From the NCBI GenBank assembly GCA_964631145.1, contig CAZVXT010000001.1:319361-383360 (forward strand): a DNA stretch of 64,000 bases. Direction: 5' to 3'. This DNA comes from an uncultured Candidatus Saccharibacteria bacterium (GTDB taxonomy: Bacteria; Patescibacteriota; Doudnabacteria; UBA920). Position 1 is the stretch's first letter; each line of letters begins with the position of its first letter. The notes beneath the pieces were generated by a model. The model was not told the DNA's origin. It did no database searches and saw only the letters and a list, made by a program, of their open reading frames with translations. Position numbers and translations under genes: made by a program. Below, piece after piece: positions 29,537 through 39,910 of this stretch.

Positions 29537-29962
29537 ATGGATAAGATTTTTTTTCAAAAATTATCAGAAAATGCCACTTTGCCCACGAGAGGAACTAAAG
29601 AATCTATAGGTTTGGATTTGTATTCTGCGCACGATCTGGTTATTAATCCTGGGAAATACCAATTAGTTAAAACTGGATTGGCTTTAGCGGTTCCGGCAGG
29701 ATATTATGGGCGCATTGCTGCCCGTTCTGGTTTGGCTGTAAAATTTGGTATAGATACTTTGGCTGGTGTGGTAGATAGTGATTATAGAGGTGAGTTAGGG
29801 GTGGTGTTGATAAATCATGGAAGTCAAGATTTTATTATTAATGTTGGTGACAGAATTGCCCAGTTAATTATAGAAGCTGTGGCATTTTTAGAACCAGAAT
29901 GGAACAATGATCTGTCTGATAGTGCACGAGGACAAAATGGTTTCGGGAGCACTGGCAAATAA
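29537..29962 (+). CDS. dut: dUTP diphosphatase
   Basis: AGYYGRIAARSGLAVKFGIDTLAGVVDSDYRGELGVVLINHG contains the dUTPase motifs. Confidence 0.92.
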   Translation: MDKIFFQKLSENATLPTRGTKESIGLDLYSAHDLVINPGKYQLVKTGLALAVPAGYYGRIAARSGLAVKFGIDTLAGVVDSDYRGELGVVLINHGSQDFIINVGDRIAQLIIEAVAFLEPEWNNDLSDSARGQNGFGSTGK

Positions 29963-29965
29963 TTT

Positions 29966-31726
29966 ATGAAAATATTTAAAAAAATAACTCAATTATCAGC
30001 TTTATTATTACTTGGGTTTGTATTTATATACTCTCCTGTATTTGCTCAAAATGACGAAAATAATACAGAGATTGGTACGGGTATAACAGATGCTTATGAG
30101 AATATAGAATCAATTAGAAATTACGATACTAGTATTGATGTATCACCTGACGGCACTATGTCTGTTGTTGAAAATATAGAGTATGATTTTGGTAATTTAG
30201 AAAAACACGGGATATACAGAAATATTCCTTATGCCTATAAAGCCCGTGGGGGTAACTTTAAGTTACGTTTTTCTGATTTTAAAGTGACCGATCCTAACGG
30301 TGTTGATTATAACTTTGATAAATATACAGAGGGTAGTGAGATTGTTTTAAAGATTGGAGATCCTGACAAAACTATTACCGGGCGACATGTATATGTTATT
30401 AGTTATAAAGTAAAAAGAGCTATAAACTTTTTTGCAAATGACCATGATGAATTGTATTGGAATATCATAGGCACTGGATGGCAGGTGCCTATATTAAAGG
30501 CGCAATCAACGGTTAATATGCCGGCAAACATTACTAAATCGGTATGTTATACAGGTATTGTTGGTTCCACTGCATCAAATTGTAGCATTCTCCCGCAAAG
30601 TGATAATCAGGTGATTGTCCGCAGTAGTAGCGTTTTGAATGCATCAGAAGGTTTAACGATGGTTATTGCAATTCCTTTTGGTAGCATTGCGCAGCCAACC
30701 ACAGCCGAAAAAATTAAAGACATAGTATACGATAATGGTATATTGGCTTTGCCTTTAGTTATTTTTATCATCATGTTTTTAATATGGAGGAAAATCGGTC
30801 GCGATGCTAAAGGTAGAGGAGTTATTGTGGCTCAGTATGAGGCTCCGGAAGGATTGTCTCCTATGCAAGTCGGAGCTTATTTAACAGGACGGGTAAGCAA
30901 TATCCATCTTTCAGCGGAGATCATTAATTTGGCTGCAAATGGTTATATCAAGATTAATCGTCTAGAAAAGAAAAGTTTTTTTTGGTCCCAGCCAGATTAT
31001 GAATTTATCAAAATAAAAAAACCGACTAAAATATATCATAATAGTGTAAAATTATTTGAAAGCTTATTTCAGACAGGCGATAGTGTTAAACTTTCGGATT
31101 TGAAAGATGATAAATTATTTATTGCAGATATAGAAAAAGTAAAAGATGCCTTAACTGAAGAAATGGATAAGGCTAAAATTTATAAGTACAATCCGTTTAA
31201 TGTTAGGTTTTTAATTATTTTTGTAGCATTCTTTTTATTTGTGTTCGGGTTGATACTGTTAGGTAGTTTGTTTGGGGCTTATGGAGTTTTGTCGGTATTT
31301 ATATCCTTTATTATTGCTTTAATATTTGGAATTATTATGCCTGCTCGAACTAAATTAGGGGCAGAAATACAAGAACTAATTTTAGGGTTTAAAAAATATT
31401 TAAGCGTTGCAGAGGCGGATAGGATAAATTTTCATAATGCACCCGAAAAAACACCAGAAAGATTTGAAGCTTTGTTGCCATTTGCGATGGCTTTAGGTGT
31501 GGAAAAACAATGGGCAAAGCAATTTGAAGACATTTATAAACAAAATCCATCATGGTATAGCGATGGTTCTGGGAATATGTTTAGTGCTACGGCTTTTGCG
31601 AGTTCTTTAACAGAAGTAAGTTCTAATTTTCAATCTACTATGACTACTTCCTCAGATGGGGGCAGTGGATTCTCTGGGGGTGGAAGTGGTGGTGGAGGAG
31701 GCGGTGGCGGAGGAGGAAGTTGGTAA
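29966..31726 (+). CDS. DUF2207-like membrane protein
   Basis: Signal peptide, a large extracytoplasmic domain, TM helices, and a C-terminal Gly-run (GGSGGGGGGGGGGSW) typical of the family. Confidence 0.65.
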   Translation: MKIFKKITQLSALLLLGFVFIYSPVFAQNDENNTEIGTGITDAYENIESIRNYDTSIDVSPDGTMSVVENIEYDFGNLEKHGIYRNIPYAYKARGGNFKLRFSDFKVTDPNGVDYNFDKYTEGSEIVLKIGDPDKTITGRHVYVISYKVKRAINFFANDHDELYWNIIGTGWQVPILKAQSTVNMPANITKSVCYTGIVGSTASNCSILPQSDNQVIVRSSSVLNASEGLTMVIAIPFGSIAQPTTAEKIKDIVYDNGILALPLVIFIIMFLIWRKIGRDAKGRGVIVAQYEAPEGLSPMQVGAYLTGRVSNIHLSAEIINLAANGYIKINRLEKKSFFWSQPDYEFIKIKKPTKIYHNSVKLFESLFQTGDSVKLSDLKDDKLFIADIEKVKDALTEEMDKAKIYKYNPFNVRFLIIFVAFFLFVFGLILLGSLFGAYGVLSVFISFIIALIFGIIMPARTKLGAEIQELILGFKKYLSVAEADRINFHNAPEKTPERFEALLPFAMALGVEKQWAKQFEDIYKQNPSWYSDGSGNMFSATAFASSLTEVSSNFQSTMTTSSDGGSGFSGGGSGGGGGGGGGGSW

Positions 31727-32352
31727 TGAAGTTTATAAAGTTAGGACACTCATGTGTGTTAATAGAAGATGGTCAGAATAAAATACTAATTGACCCGGGT
31801 ATTTATAGTAGTGTACAAAACATTGAACCGGATATAATTTTGATCACTCATGTTCATACAGATCATATAGATCTGCAAAATAATTTGCAATTATTACAAA
31901 GGTGCTCAAATATTATTACCAACACCGAAGTTTCTGCTGAGTTAAAGAAACATAATATTGATGCGGTTGTGGTAGAAGATGGACAGTCTATTAATGTTGT
32001 TGGTTTTGAAATAAAGGGTATCGGTAGAGATCATGCTATAATTCATTCTCAGTTGCCAAAATTTATGAATACCGGGTATATGATTAATAATAAGATTTTT
32101 CATCCCGGCGATGCCTTAACTGTACCGGAGAATACTAATCTCGAAGTCTTGTTATTACCTATAGTTGCACCTTGGAGTAAGATATCAGAAACTCTAGATT
32201 ATATGGATATGGTAAAGGCAAAGACTTTTATACCAATCCATGATGGGTTTCTAAATGATGGCGGGGCATTTTATAGATTTGCCAAAATGTGGGCGGAAAA
32301 AAATAATTCTAAATTGTTAGAAGTAAAAAACTTTCAAACTTATGAGCTATAA
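31726..32352 (+). CDS. MBL-fold metallo-hydrolase
   Basis: ILITHVHTDHID (HxHxDH). The ATG overlaps the preceding stop (TAATG). Confidence 0.75.
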   Translation: MKFIKLGHSCVLIEDGQNKILIDPGIYSSVQNIEPDIILITHVHTDHIDLQNNLQLLQRCSNIITNTEVSAELKKHNIDAVVVEDGQSINVVGFEIKGIGRDHAIIHSQLPKFMNTGYMINNKIFHPGDALTVPENTNLEVLLLPIVAPWSKISETLDYMDMVKAKTFIPIHDGFLNDGGAFYRFAKMWAEKNNSKLLEVKNFQTYEL

Positions 32353-32806
32353 TTTTATATTAATTCCTTTGATTTCAATTGCTGTGGCTTATCTGTATAA
32401 AAAATATACAGCTAGTAATTTTTTAAAATGGTATCAATCATTAAAAAAACCTTTGTGGTTACCAGGCGATAAAACTATATATGAGGCGTTGTTGTTTGTT
32501 TACGCCTTATTTGTAATAGGTGTTATGTGGTTTTGGAATATTCCAGCTTTTACTTGGTGGCATTACATTTTTTTGGCAGTTATTTCAGTATTCATACTCT
32601 CAAGTTTGATGTGGGTTAAAATGTATTTTGAAAAGAATAGCCCTAACGCTGCAAAAAAATATTCCAACTATATAATATATTCTTTAGTTATATTGTTAGT
32701 GGTAATAGTGGTTAAATCTTTAATAACAATACCTTTAGTAATGCCGTTTATGTTAACCGTATATTTAATTTTAAAGTCAGCCCATAAAACACATGAAAAT
32801 AAGTAA
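32342..32806 (+). CDS. hypothetical membrane protein
   Basis: 154 aa with four TM segments. It overlaps neighbouring genes. Confidence 0.55.
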   Translation: MSYNFILIPLISIAVAYLYKKYTASNFLKWYQSLKKPLWLPGDKTIYEALLFVYALFVIGVMWFWNIPAFTWWHYIFLAVISVFILSSLMWVKMYFEKNSPNAAKKYSNYIIYSLVILLVVIVVKSLITIPLVMPFMLTVYLILKSAHKTHENK

Positions 32807-33890
32807 AAACATAATCAAAATTATTTTTGTTTTTTTAATCGTCGGATTTTTTATTCCTCATTATTTTGTTTCGGCTCATGTGCCTGTGATGGAGCCGATA
32901 GTTGAGTCTCAGTTATCTAATTACGCTTTATATTTTAAAGCTGTAAAAATAGATGACCCTATAAAAAAATCTCAAGCAATATATGGGAGACTTTCAGGTC
33001 TTGATGAATTTGATGTATATGCATTTACAGCAGAATCTGACGCACAAATCCCAGTTTCTGTATTAGTTCCTAATTTAAAAGCTAATAGTTTATTGCAACC
33101 TCAGTTATACATTGTTGCTAAAGATTTAACTGACACGGATAATAGTTTGCAATTACCTTTCGAACTACCTCAGGGTTATAAAGTAAAAAAATATAATTGG
33201 GATCAACAAAATAAATTAACTTTTGAACCATATAGCCTAGAACGTTTGAGATCAAGCAAGGAAGTATCATTAAATGTTCATAAAAATCAAAATTATTTTT
33301 TGGTAGTTAAAGATTCTAATCATCAAATAGGGAATTATGTTTTAGCAGTAGGGGATGCAGAAAATTTTTCTGGAATTAGTCCGGTACATTTATTTTCTAA
33401 TTTAGCATTAATAAAATTAGGTTTATATAGCAATACCAATATTCCTTGGTTAAATATATTGGGCTTATTTCTTTTTATTGCTGGTTTTATTGTAGGTTTG
33501 GGTGCAGTAACAGTGATTGATTTTATAGGTTTTTTGGGAAGAAAATCATCTTATTGGACTGAAGTTGCTATTAAAGCCCACCATGTTACTAAACCTTTAA
33601 TTTGGCTTGGGATATTATTATTGGTCGTTGGAGCTGGTATTACTTATAGAGATAGTTGGCTAAGCGAGGTAGCTTTATTTCAATCAATTTTAATTTTAAT
33701 ATTAATAATTAATGGTTTGTTTTTAAGTTTTTATATTAGTCCTAGATTAAATAAACTGGAAAAGGATGGCGAGGCGGATAAATTATTGCCAAAAAATATG
33801 CAATTAAAAATCTTTATCTCCTTTATAATTTCATTTCTTGGATGGTGGTTAAATCTAGTATTTTTGGTCTGGTATATATTAATTCAATAA
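32793..33890 (+). CDS. hypothetical membrane protein (signal peptide, soluble domain, C-terminal TM bundle)
   Basis: 365-aa ORF. Confidence 0.55.
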   Translation: MKISKNIIKIIFVFLIVGFFIPHYFVSAHVPVMEPIVESQLSNYALYFKAVKIDDPIKKSQAIYGRLSGLDEFDVYAFTAESDAQIPVSVLVPNLKANSLLQPQLYIVAKDLTDTDNSLQLPFELPQGYKVKKYNWDQQNKLTFEPYSLERLRSSKEVSLNVHKNQNYFLVVKDSNHQIGNYVLAVGDAENFSGISPVHLFSNLALIKLGLYSNTNIPWLNILGLFLFIAGFIVGLGAVTVIDFIGFLGRKSSYWTEVAIKAHHVTKPLIWLGILLLVVGAGITYRDSWLSEVALFQSILILILIINGLFLSFYISPRLNKLEKDGEADKLLPKNMQLKIFISFIISFLGWWLNLVFLVWYILIQ

Positions 33891-33893
33891 TGT

Positions 33894-35372
33894 ATGGATA
33901 AAAAATTAAACATTGTTATCATAGGTTCTGGATTCGGAGGACTGTCTTCTGCTGCGCTGCTTGCTAAAGATGGACATAAGGTTACAGTTTTAGAAAAAAA
34001 TGATATGCCAGGAGGAAGAGCTAGGGTTTGGAAAAAGGATGGATTTGTTTTTGATATGGGTCCATCTTGGTACATGATGCCAGAAATTTTTGATAATTAT
34101 TTTGCAAAATTTAACAAAAAAACTTCTGATTATTATTCCATTAAGAGGCTTGATCCTTCATACAGAGTTTTTTTTGGTAAAGATGATTTTGTAGATATAC
34201 CAACTGATGTAAATAAAACTAAAGCTTTATTTGAAAGTATTGAAGCAGGTAGTGGTCAAAAGTTGCAAGAATATTTGGATCAAGCTAAATATCAATATGA
34301 GGTTTCGATGAAGGAATTTATTTATAAAGATTATAATTCTATTTTCGATCTTTTTAATTGGCGAATGCTTTCTGAGGGACGCAAATTGCATGTATTTGAT
34401 ACATTGGCTAAATTTACTCGTAGATATTTTAAGAGTGAAAAGCTTCGCAAAATTTTAGAGTATAGTATGGTATTTCTGGGTGGCGCTCCTAATAATACTC
34501 CGGCAATATATTCTGTTATTAACCATGCGGATTTGAATTTGGGTGTTTGGTATCCGATGGGTGGTTTTGGAAAAGTAGTAGAATCTTTTGTAAAGTTAGG
34601 CGATCAATTTGGGGTGAAGTATATTTATAACAGCCCTGTGACTGACTTCGAATATAAAGATAATAAAATTGTTTCTGTAAAATGTGGTGATCGTTTTTAT
34701 GATGCAGATGTGGTCATAAATAATGCTGATTATTATCACATGGACCAGCAGCTTTTAGATCCTAAATTTAGAGATTATTCTCCAACTTATTGGGGCAAAA
34801 GAACTGTCGCTCCATCTGCATTTATTTTGTATGTCGGGTTAAATAAAAAGTTAAAAAATATTGATCACCATACTTTATTTTTAGATGAAGATTGGGTAGA
34901 ACACTTTAACACTATATTTAGTAATCCTGACTGGCCTCAGCACCCTTCGTATTATGTTTGCTCCCCGTCAGTTTCGGATCCGTCAGTAGCTCCGGAAGGT
35001 TATGAAAATTTGTTCTTCTTGGCACCTATTGCCTCTGGATTAGAAGATAACGAAGAAATACATAAACACTTAAAAGAAAATATTTATAGCAGATTCGAAA
35101 ATATTACAGGTCAAAATATTAGAGATAGTATAGTAGTAGAAAGAATTTTTTCTGGGCAAGATTTTACAGAAAGCTATAATGCATTTAAAGGAACTGGTTT
35201 GAGTTTGGCTCATACATTGATGCAGACTGCATATTTTCGTCCGAGAATGAGATCAAAAAAACTCTCTAATCTTTATCATGTTGGGCATTATACTCAACCC
35301 GGTGTGGGGGTTCCTATGGTCGTTATTTCTGGAGAAATAGTAGCTAATAAAATTTTGAATGAACAAAAATAA
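33894..35372 (+). CDS. crtI: phytoene desaturase family FAD-dependent oxidoreductase (CrtI/CrtN-like)
   Basis: Rossmann IVIIGSGFGGLSSA, GGRARVWKKDGFVFDMGPSW, and C-terminal VGHYTQPGVGVPMVVISGEIVAN. Confidence 0.85.
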   Translation: MDKKLNIVIIGSGFGGLSSAALLAKDGHKVTVLEKNDMPGGRARVWKKDGFVFDMGPSWYMMPEIFDNYFAKFNKKTSDYYSIKRLDPSYRVFFGKDDFVDIPTDVNKTKALFESIEAGSGQKLQEYLDQAKYQYEVSMKEFIYKDYNSIFDLFNWRMLSEGRKLHVFDTLAKFTRRYFKSEKLRKILEYSMVFLGGAPNNTPAIYSVINHADLNLGVWYPMGGFGKVVESFVKLGDQFGVKYIYNSPVTDFEYKDNKIVSVKCGDRFYDADVVINNADYYHMDQQLLDPKFRDYSPTYWGKRTVAPSAFILYVGLNKKLKNIDHHTLFLDEDWVEHFNTIFSNPDWPQHPSYYVCSPSVSDPSVAPEGYENLFFLAPIASGLEDNEEIHKHLKENIYSRFENITGQNIRDSIVVERIFSGQDFTESYNAFKGTGLSLAHTLMQTAYFRPRMRSKKLSNLYHVGHYTQPGVGVPMVVISGEIVANKILNEQK

Positions 35373-36189
35373 CTACGCTCGCAGTATTTTTAAAAAAAGC
35401 AGCACAACCTTTTTTATATCTACATTATTTTTTCCTCGTGATAAACAAAATGATGTATTTGATTTGTATGCATTTGTAAGAATATTTGATAATTTTGTAG
35501 ATACAATTCCTCAGCAGTCAGATGATTATTATTCTTTAAAGAAGCACTATTATCAATCTTTGGCATCAGGTCATTGTGAGAATCAAATTATAAATAATTT
35601 TATAAATTTACAAAACCATTATAAGTTTGATCAACCTTGGATAGATGCATTTTTTGTTTCCATGGAAATGGATCTTAAAGATTATAAGTACCAACATTTC
35701 TCCGATACAGAAAAATATATGTTTGGATCAGCTGAAGTAGTTGGTTTAATGATGGTAAAAATTTTAGATTTATCTGAGCAATCATATTTATACGCACAGT
35801 TATTAGGAAAAGCTTTTCAGTACATGAATATGATTAGAGATATTGCAGAAGATCAAACATTTGGTAGAACTTATATTCCACTTGATATTTGCTTGCAGTA
35901 CGGTCTATCAGATTTATCATATATAACGGCACAGCACAATCAAACTGGTTTTGTAAAATTAATCAGGCAAGAAATAACTAGATATTATAGTATTGTTGAA
36001 GAAGCGGAAAAAGGGTTTAAGTTTATTCCTAATAACTATCTGGTTGCGATAAAAACTGCAGTAGACTTATTTAATATGACTATGAATAAGATTTATAAAG
36101 ATCCAATGATCGTTTATAAGACAAAAGTTAAGCCAACAAAATTGCAGGCAACTGCATATGGGATTAAAAATTATATTACGCATGCATAA
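35359..36189 (+). CDS. squalene/phytoene synthase family protein (CrtB/CrtM-like)
   Basis: Asp-rich motifs YAFVRIFDNFVD and NMIRDIAEDQTFGRTYIP. Confidence 0.8.
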   Translation: MNKNNYARSIFKKSSTTFFISTLFFPRDKQNDVFDLYAFVRIFDNFVDTIPQQSDDYYSLKKHYYQSLASGHCENQIINNFINLQNHYKFDQPWIDAFFVSMEMDLKDYKYQHFSDTEKYMFGSAEVVGLMMVKILDLSEQSYLYAQLLGKAFQYMNMIRDIAEDQTFGRTYIPLDICLQYGLSDLSYITAQHNQTGFVKLIRQEITRYYSIVEEAEKGFKFIPNNYLVAIKTAVDLFNMTMNKIYKDPMIVYKTKVKPTKLQATAYGIKNYITHA

Positions 36190-37237
36190 ATTTTTTGAAA
36201 ATAATAAACTCAAATTAGCCAAAAAAATTGATACAGTCATAACTGGAGATATGGCAAAGTGGGCTAAAATTAATCTATGGGCAAATAATTCATTGCCTTT
36301 ATTAGCAGAGTTTTCTAAACGGGGGAAATTAATAAGAGGCTTATTAGTTTTATTAGCTGCTCAAGAGGGAACAAAAACAAGTCCCGCAGCTTTGGATATT
36401 GCTTCTTGTATAGAAATTATGCATTCTAGTATTTTGGTGCATGATGATATTATGGATCGAGATCTTTTGAGAAGAGGGAGTCCAACTTTACATGCTTACT
36501 TTGCTGATAGATCTGTTAGTAAGCTTGGTAAGGAATCTCTTCATCATGGAGAAAGTTTGGCGAGTTGCATTGCAATCATTGGTTATTTTATTGCAATGGG
36601 TAGATTTTCTAAAATCAAAGATAAAGATCAAAAAGATTTATTAATCAATCTATATTCAGAAGAGATGGCTTTATTGGGTATGGCTCAGATGTCCGATGTG
36701 ACTTTAGCAGAGGATGATAAGGCTTCAGAGTCAGATGTGTTAAAAGTTTATGAGCAAAAGACTGGTAGATATACATTCGGGCTTCCGCTTTTGTCAGGGT
36801 TTATCTTGGCAGGAAAATATTCAAAAAGACTGCATAAGCAAGTGTTGGAAATGTCTATTCATCTTGGGATAATTTTTCAATTAAAAGATGATATGTTGGG
36901 TATATTTGGAGATTCTAATCAAACAGGTAAGTCTGTGGGTGGTGACATTAGAGAACGAAAAAAGACATTGCTGTATTTTGAGCTTATAAAAGCAAGTACC
37001 AACTTAGAAAAGTCTAAATTATTAAGTTTGTATAACAGTGGCAAACCTTTAAGCGAAATCAATCAAAAATTTGTTTATAGTCTTTTTAAAAAATATGATA
37101 TTGAAAAAAAAGCTGAAGCAAGATTGGACTTTGAATATCAAAAAGTAAACAAATTTTTACCTTCGCTTCCATTTTCTAAAATAGGGGAAGAAGCTTTTAA
37201 AGATCTTGTTAAATATTTATTAACTCGTAGTAAATAA
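36158..37237 (+). CDS. polyprenyl diphosphate synthase (GGPP/FPP synthase family)
   Basis: Two DDxxD motifs, ILVHDDIMDRD and FQLKDDMLGIFGD. Confidence 0.82.
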   Translation: MGLKIILRMHKFFENNKLKLAKKIDTVITGDMAKWAKINLWANNSLPLLAEFSKRGKLIRGLLVLLAAQEGTKTSPAALDIASCIEIMHSSILVHDDIMDRDLLRRGSPTLHAYFADRSVSKLGKESLHHGESLASCIAIIGYFIAMGRFSKIKDKDQKDLLINLYSEEMALLGMAQMSDVTLAEDDKASESDVLKVYEQKTGRYTFGLPLLSGFILAGKYSKRLHKQVLEMSIHLGIIFQLKDDMLGIFGDSNQTGKSVGGDIRERKKTLLYFELIKASTNLEKSKLLSLYNSGKPLSEINQKFVYSLFKKYDIEKKAEARLDFEYQKVNKFLPSLPFSKIGEEAFKDLVKYLLTRSK

Positions 37238-38073
37238 TGAATTTAAGTACATTTATAAAAATTTCCAGACCGAGATTTTGGTTATATAGTGCTGGGACTT
37301 TCTGGGTCGGGGCGATAGCAGGAGCTACTTACTTATCAGATTTATATGATTTTAGGCTGCTACTTTTTTTGGCATATTTTTTATTACCTGCAAATTTATT
37401 TATTTACGGAGTTAATGATTTGGCTGACGGAGATACTGATCAATATAATGATAAGAAAAATGTTCAAGAGCATTTACTTAAGCAAACAGAGCGTAGATTT
37501 TTGATTTTAACTGTTGTTCTATCTTTGCTATTAGGATTTGTTGTGATATATTTTTCTCCAAATTTATTAACCCAACAATTAATTTTCATATTTCTATTTT
37601 TAGCTTTTTGGTATAGTGTCCCACCATTAAGATTTAAAGCTAAGCCTATCGTAGACGCATTGAGCAATATTCATTATGCAGTAATTGGTTTTGCATCTTA
37701 TGCTTATTTTACTAATCATCTTCCCCCATGGTGGAGTATTATTGCGGCGCTTCTGTGGACTGCTGCCATGCAAATATATTCTGCAATTCCAGATATTCAA
37801 AGCGACAAACAGGCAAAATTGTATACAACAGCGATTTGGTTAGGAGAAAAATACTCCATGTATATTTGTTTAATTTTTTGGCTGACATGTAGTATCTTAT
37901 TGTATATAAATTTTTCAACTCTTTTATCTTTGTTATCTTTGTTGTATCCAGTTTATATTATTTGGCAGTTGGTAAAAAAAATTCCCATCAAACAAGTTTA
38001 CTGGTTTTATCCTTACATTAATGCCATCATGGGTTTCGTGTTATTTTGGTATTTGGTCTTCCAAAAAATATAA
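37237..38073 (+). CDS. UbiA family aromatic/isoprenoid prenyltransferase
   Basis: NDLADGDTDQ (NDxxDxxxD), nine TM helices. Confidence 0.75.
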   Translation: MNLSTFIKISRPRFWLYSAGTFWVGAIAGATYLSDLYDFRLLLFLAYFLLPANLFIYGVNDLADGDTDQYNDKKNVQEHLLKQTERRFLILTVVLSLLLGFVVIYFSPNLLTQQLIFIFLFLAFWYSVPPLRFKAKPIVDALSNIHYAVIGFASYAYFTNHLPPWWSIIAALLWTAAMQIYSAIPDIQSDKQAKLYTTAIWLGEKYSMYICLIFWLTCSILLYINFSTLLSLLSLLYPVYIIWQLVKKIPIKQVYWFYPYINAIMGFVLFWYLVFQKI

Positions 38074-38077
38074 AATA

Positions 38078-38105
38078 AAAAAGTCCCAATATTGGGACTT
38101 TTTTA
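38078..38105. terminator. bidirectional terminator
   Basis: Stem AGTCCCA-ATAT-TGGGACT flanked by an A-run and a T-run, between the UbiA gene and rpmB. Confidence 0.6.
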
Positions 38106-38273
38106 TTTACTGCGAGCTTTCATGCAGCTTGTGCAAGCTTTTACTCTGTTACCATCTTCGCTTCTCATCCATTGTAAGTTTGGTTGTAAACGCTTAATAG
38201 AAGAGCGCATACTGTGAGAACGTTTGATTGTTTTAGAGTAAGTCTTACCGCAGACGGTACACATTCTTGGCAT
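38103..38273 (-). CDS. rpmB: 50S ribosomal protein L28
   Basis: 57-aa reverse-strand ORF MPRMCTVCGKTYSKTIKRSHSMRSSIKRLQPNLQWMR..., an L28 signature. Its size is below the ORF-track cutoff. Confidence 0.85.
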   Translation of the reverse strand: MPRMCTVCGKTYSKTIKRSHSMRSSIKRLQPNLQWMRSEDGNRVKACTSCMKARSK

Positions 38274-38382
38274 ATAGTTATAACTTTTTGCTAAACCTGC
38301 GGCTCTTGCGTCAGGCTTTAATCAATAGTAAAATACTTGATAAGTATAATATACTTTATCAAAAAAAGCAAGGGAGGAAATT

Positions 38383-38811
38383 ATGGAAATTTTGCAGGAT
38401 TTAGGTTCATTTGGTAGCTTATTAGCTGTATTGGCAATTGTTTTATGTTTTGTGATATTGATATTTGCACAAGGTTCAAAATTTATGTTGCTAGATATTA
38501 TTGAATATTTAGAGAATGGATATTTTACTTTAGAGGCTGAAAATGAATCTTATGTGAATATAAGCATAGGGCGTATTAAGCTAATCTATAAGTCAAAATC
38601 TCAAAAAGAAGTTTTTGAATTCTTTAGCATTGGATGCGATAATCATTCTTATATTTATTTTGAAAACGGAACATTTAATAAATTTGTAGATAATAATAAT
38701 CAAGTAAACCCTGAAATAATTGGCAACTTAGAAGCCAAAGCTTGCCATCTTAGAAATTTATTTTTAGAAAAAGTTGCTAAGTCTAACTCTAAAAATATGA
38801 TTATCAGCTAA
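38383..38811 (+). CDS. hypothetical protein with an N-terminal TM anchor
   Basis: AGGGAGG lies upstream. Confidence 0.55.
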   Translation: MEILQDLGSFGSLLAVLAIVLCFVILIFAQGSKFMLLDIIEYLENGYFTLEAENESYVNISIGRIKLIYKSKSQKEVFEFFSIGCDNHSYIYFENGTFNKFVDNNNQVNPEIIGNLEAKACHLRNLFLEKVAKSNSKNMIIS

Positions 38812-38818
38812 TTGTTTT

Positions 38819-39148
38819 ATGGCAATCGAAGTATATCAATCGTTGCGCGTCATATCGATAGCGTTTGCATTGCAAACACTATTGTCTCTGTTGTTAGTGT
38901 CTATGACTTTAGTCTTAGCTTTTGGTTTGGGTGTATTTAGGAATATGGTTTTGCCTTCTATTTACTCATTAATAAAATATTCAATATTAAACTTCGCAGG
39001 TTTTTTATTTGCTGCAGTTATAATTTTGATGTTTAAAATTATGTGCTACATAGATGAGGGCAATTATATTTATTTAGGATCATTTTTATTCTTTTTTAAT
39101 CCAATAGTTATGATGTTTTTTTATCTTTATAACTATAAAAAATTATAG
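38819..39148 (+). CDS. hypothetical small membrane protein
   Basis: 109 aa with three TM segments. Confidence 0.5.
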   Translation: MAIEVYQSLRVISIAFALQTLLSLLLVSMTLVLAFGLGVFRNMVLPSIYSLIKYSILNFAGFLFAAVIILMFKIMCYIDEGNYIYLGSFLFFFNPIVMMFFYLYNYKKL

Positions 39149-39180
39149 TCTTACTAAAATGTAAGACTTTTTTGTTTTTT
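39147..39180 (+). terminator. intrinsic terminator
   Basis: Stem AGTCTTAC/GTAAGACT followed by T-run. Confidence 0.6.
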
Positions 39181-39223
39181 ATTATACTAATAAAAAATTT
39201 GTTAAATATGCTAAAATAATTCT

Positions 39224-39859
39224 ATGGATATAATTATTACAATAGTAATTTTACTTTTTTCAGCGATAATTCACGAAATCATGCATGGTTTAGTGGCAGA
39301 AAAAATGGGCGATAGTACTGCTCGTGATGCCGGTAGAATTACTCTTAACCCAATATCTCACATTGATCCATTTGGCTCAATTTTGTTACCGACATTAATG
39401 TACTTAACTTCACTGCCTTTAATTTCTGCTGGTACAATTAGTCATCCAATTTTATTAGCATTCGCCAAGCCTGTTCCGGTTAACTTTGCAAGACTACAGC
39501 CTCAACGTTTGGGTATGGCATTGGTGTCTTTGGCTGGACCATTAAGTAATTTTATTTTAGCTATAATTTTTATACTTCCTTATCGGTTTGGTATCGTCAC
39601 TGGAGTAGTTGGGGAGTATTGGCTACAAGCGAGTTTGATAAATATTGTTTTGGGAACCTTTAATTTATTACCTATACCGCCACTGGATGGAAGTAAAATT
39701 GTTGCATCATTTTTACCATATTCTTTAATGAATAAACTGCTAGATCTGGAGCGCTTTGGATTTATTTTGGTAGTAATTTTTATGGCGCTAGGTTTGCTGG
39801 ATAAAATATTGTATCCGGTTGTATATCTCTTTATGAAAATCTTTGGTTTAGTGATATAA
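39224..39859 (+). CDS. site-2 protease family (peptidase M50) membrane metalloprotease
   Basis: HEIMHG (HExxH) in the first TM helix and the later LDG motif (NLLPIPPLDGSK). Confidence 0.8.
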   Translation: MDIIITIVILLFSAIIHEIMHGLVAEKMGDSTARDAGRITLNPISHIDPFGSILLPTLMYLTSLPLISAGTISHPILLAFAKPVPVNFARLQPQRLGMALVSLAGPLSNFILAIIFILPYRFGIVTGVVGEYWLQASLINIVLGTFNLLPIPPLDGSKIVASFLPYSLMNKLLDLERFGFILVVIFMALGLLDKILYPVVYLFMKIFGLVI

Positions 39860-39910
39860 AAGCACTTTGCATAATGCATTGATGCATGAATTTTATTTAA
39901 TTTCATAAAA

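Noticed and set aside
31660-31726. GGTGG/GGAGG-rich repeat at the end of the DUF2207 gene as a DNA repeat or CRISPR-like element
   Set aside because: It simply encodes the poly-Gly C-terminus. There is no spacer or repeat periodicity anywhere in the window, and no CRISPR array was found.
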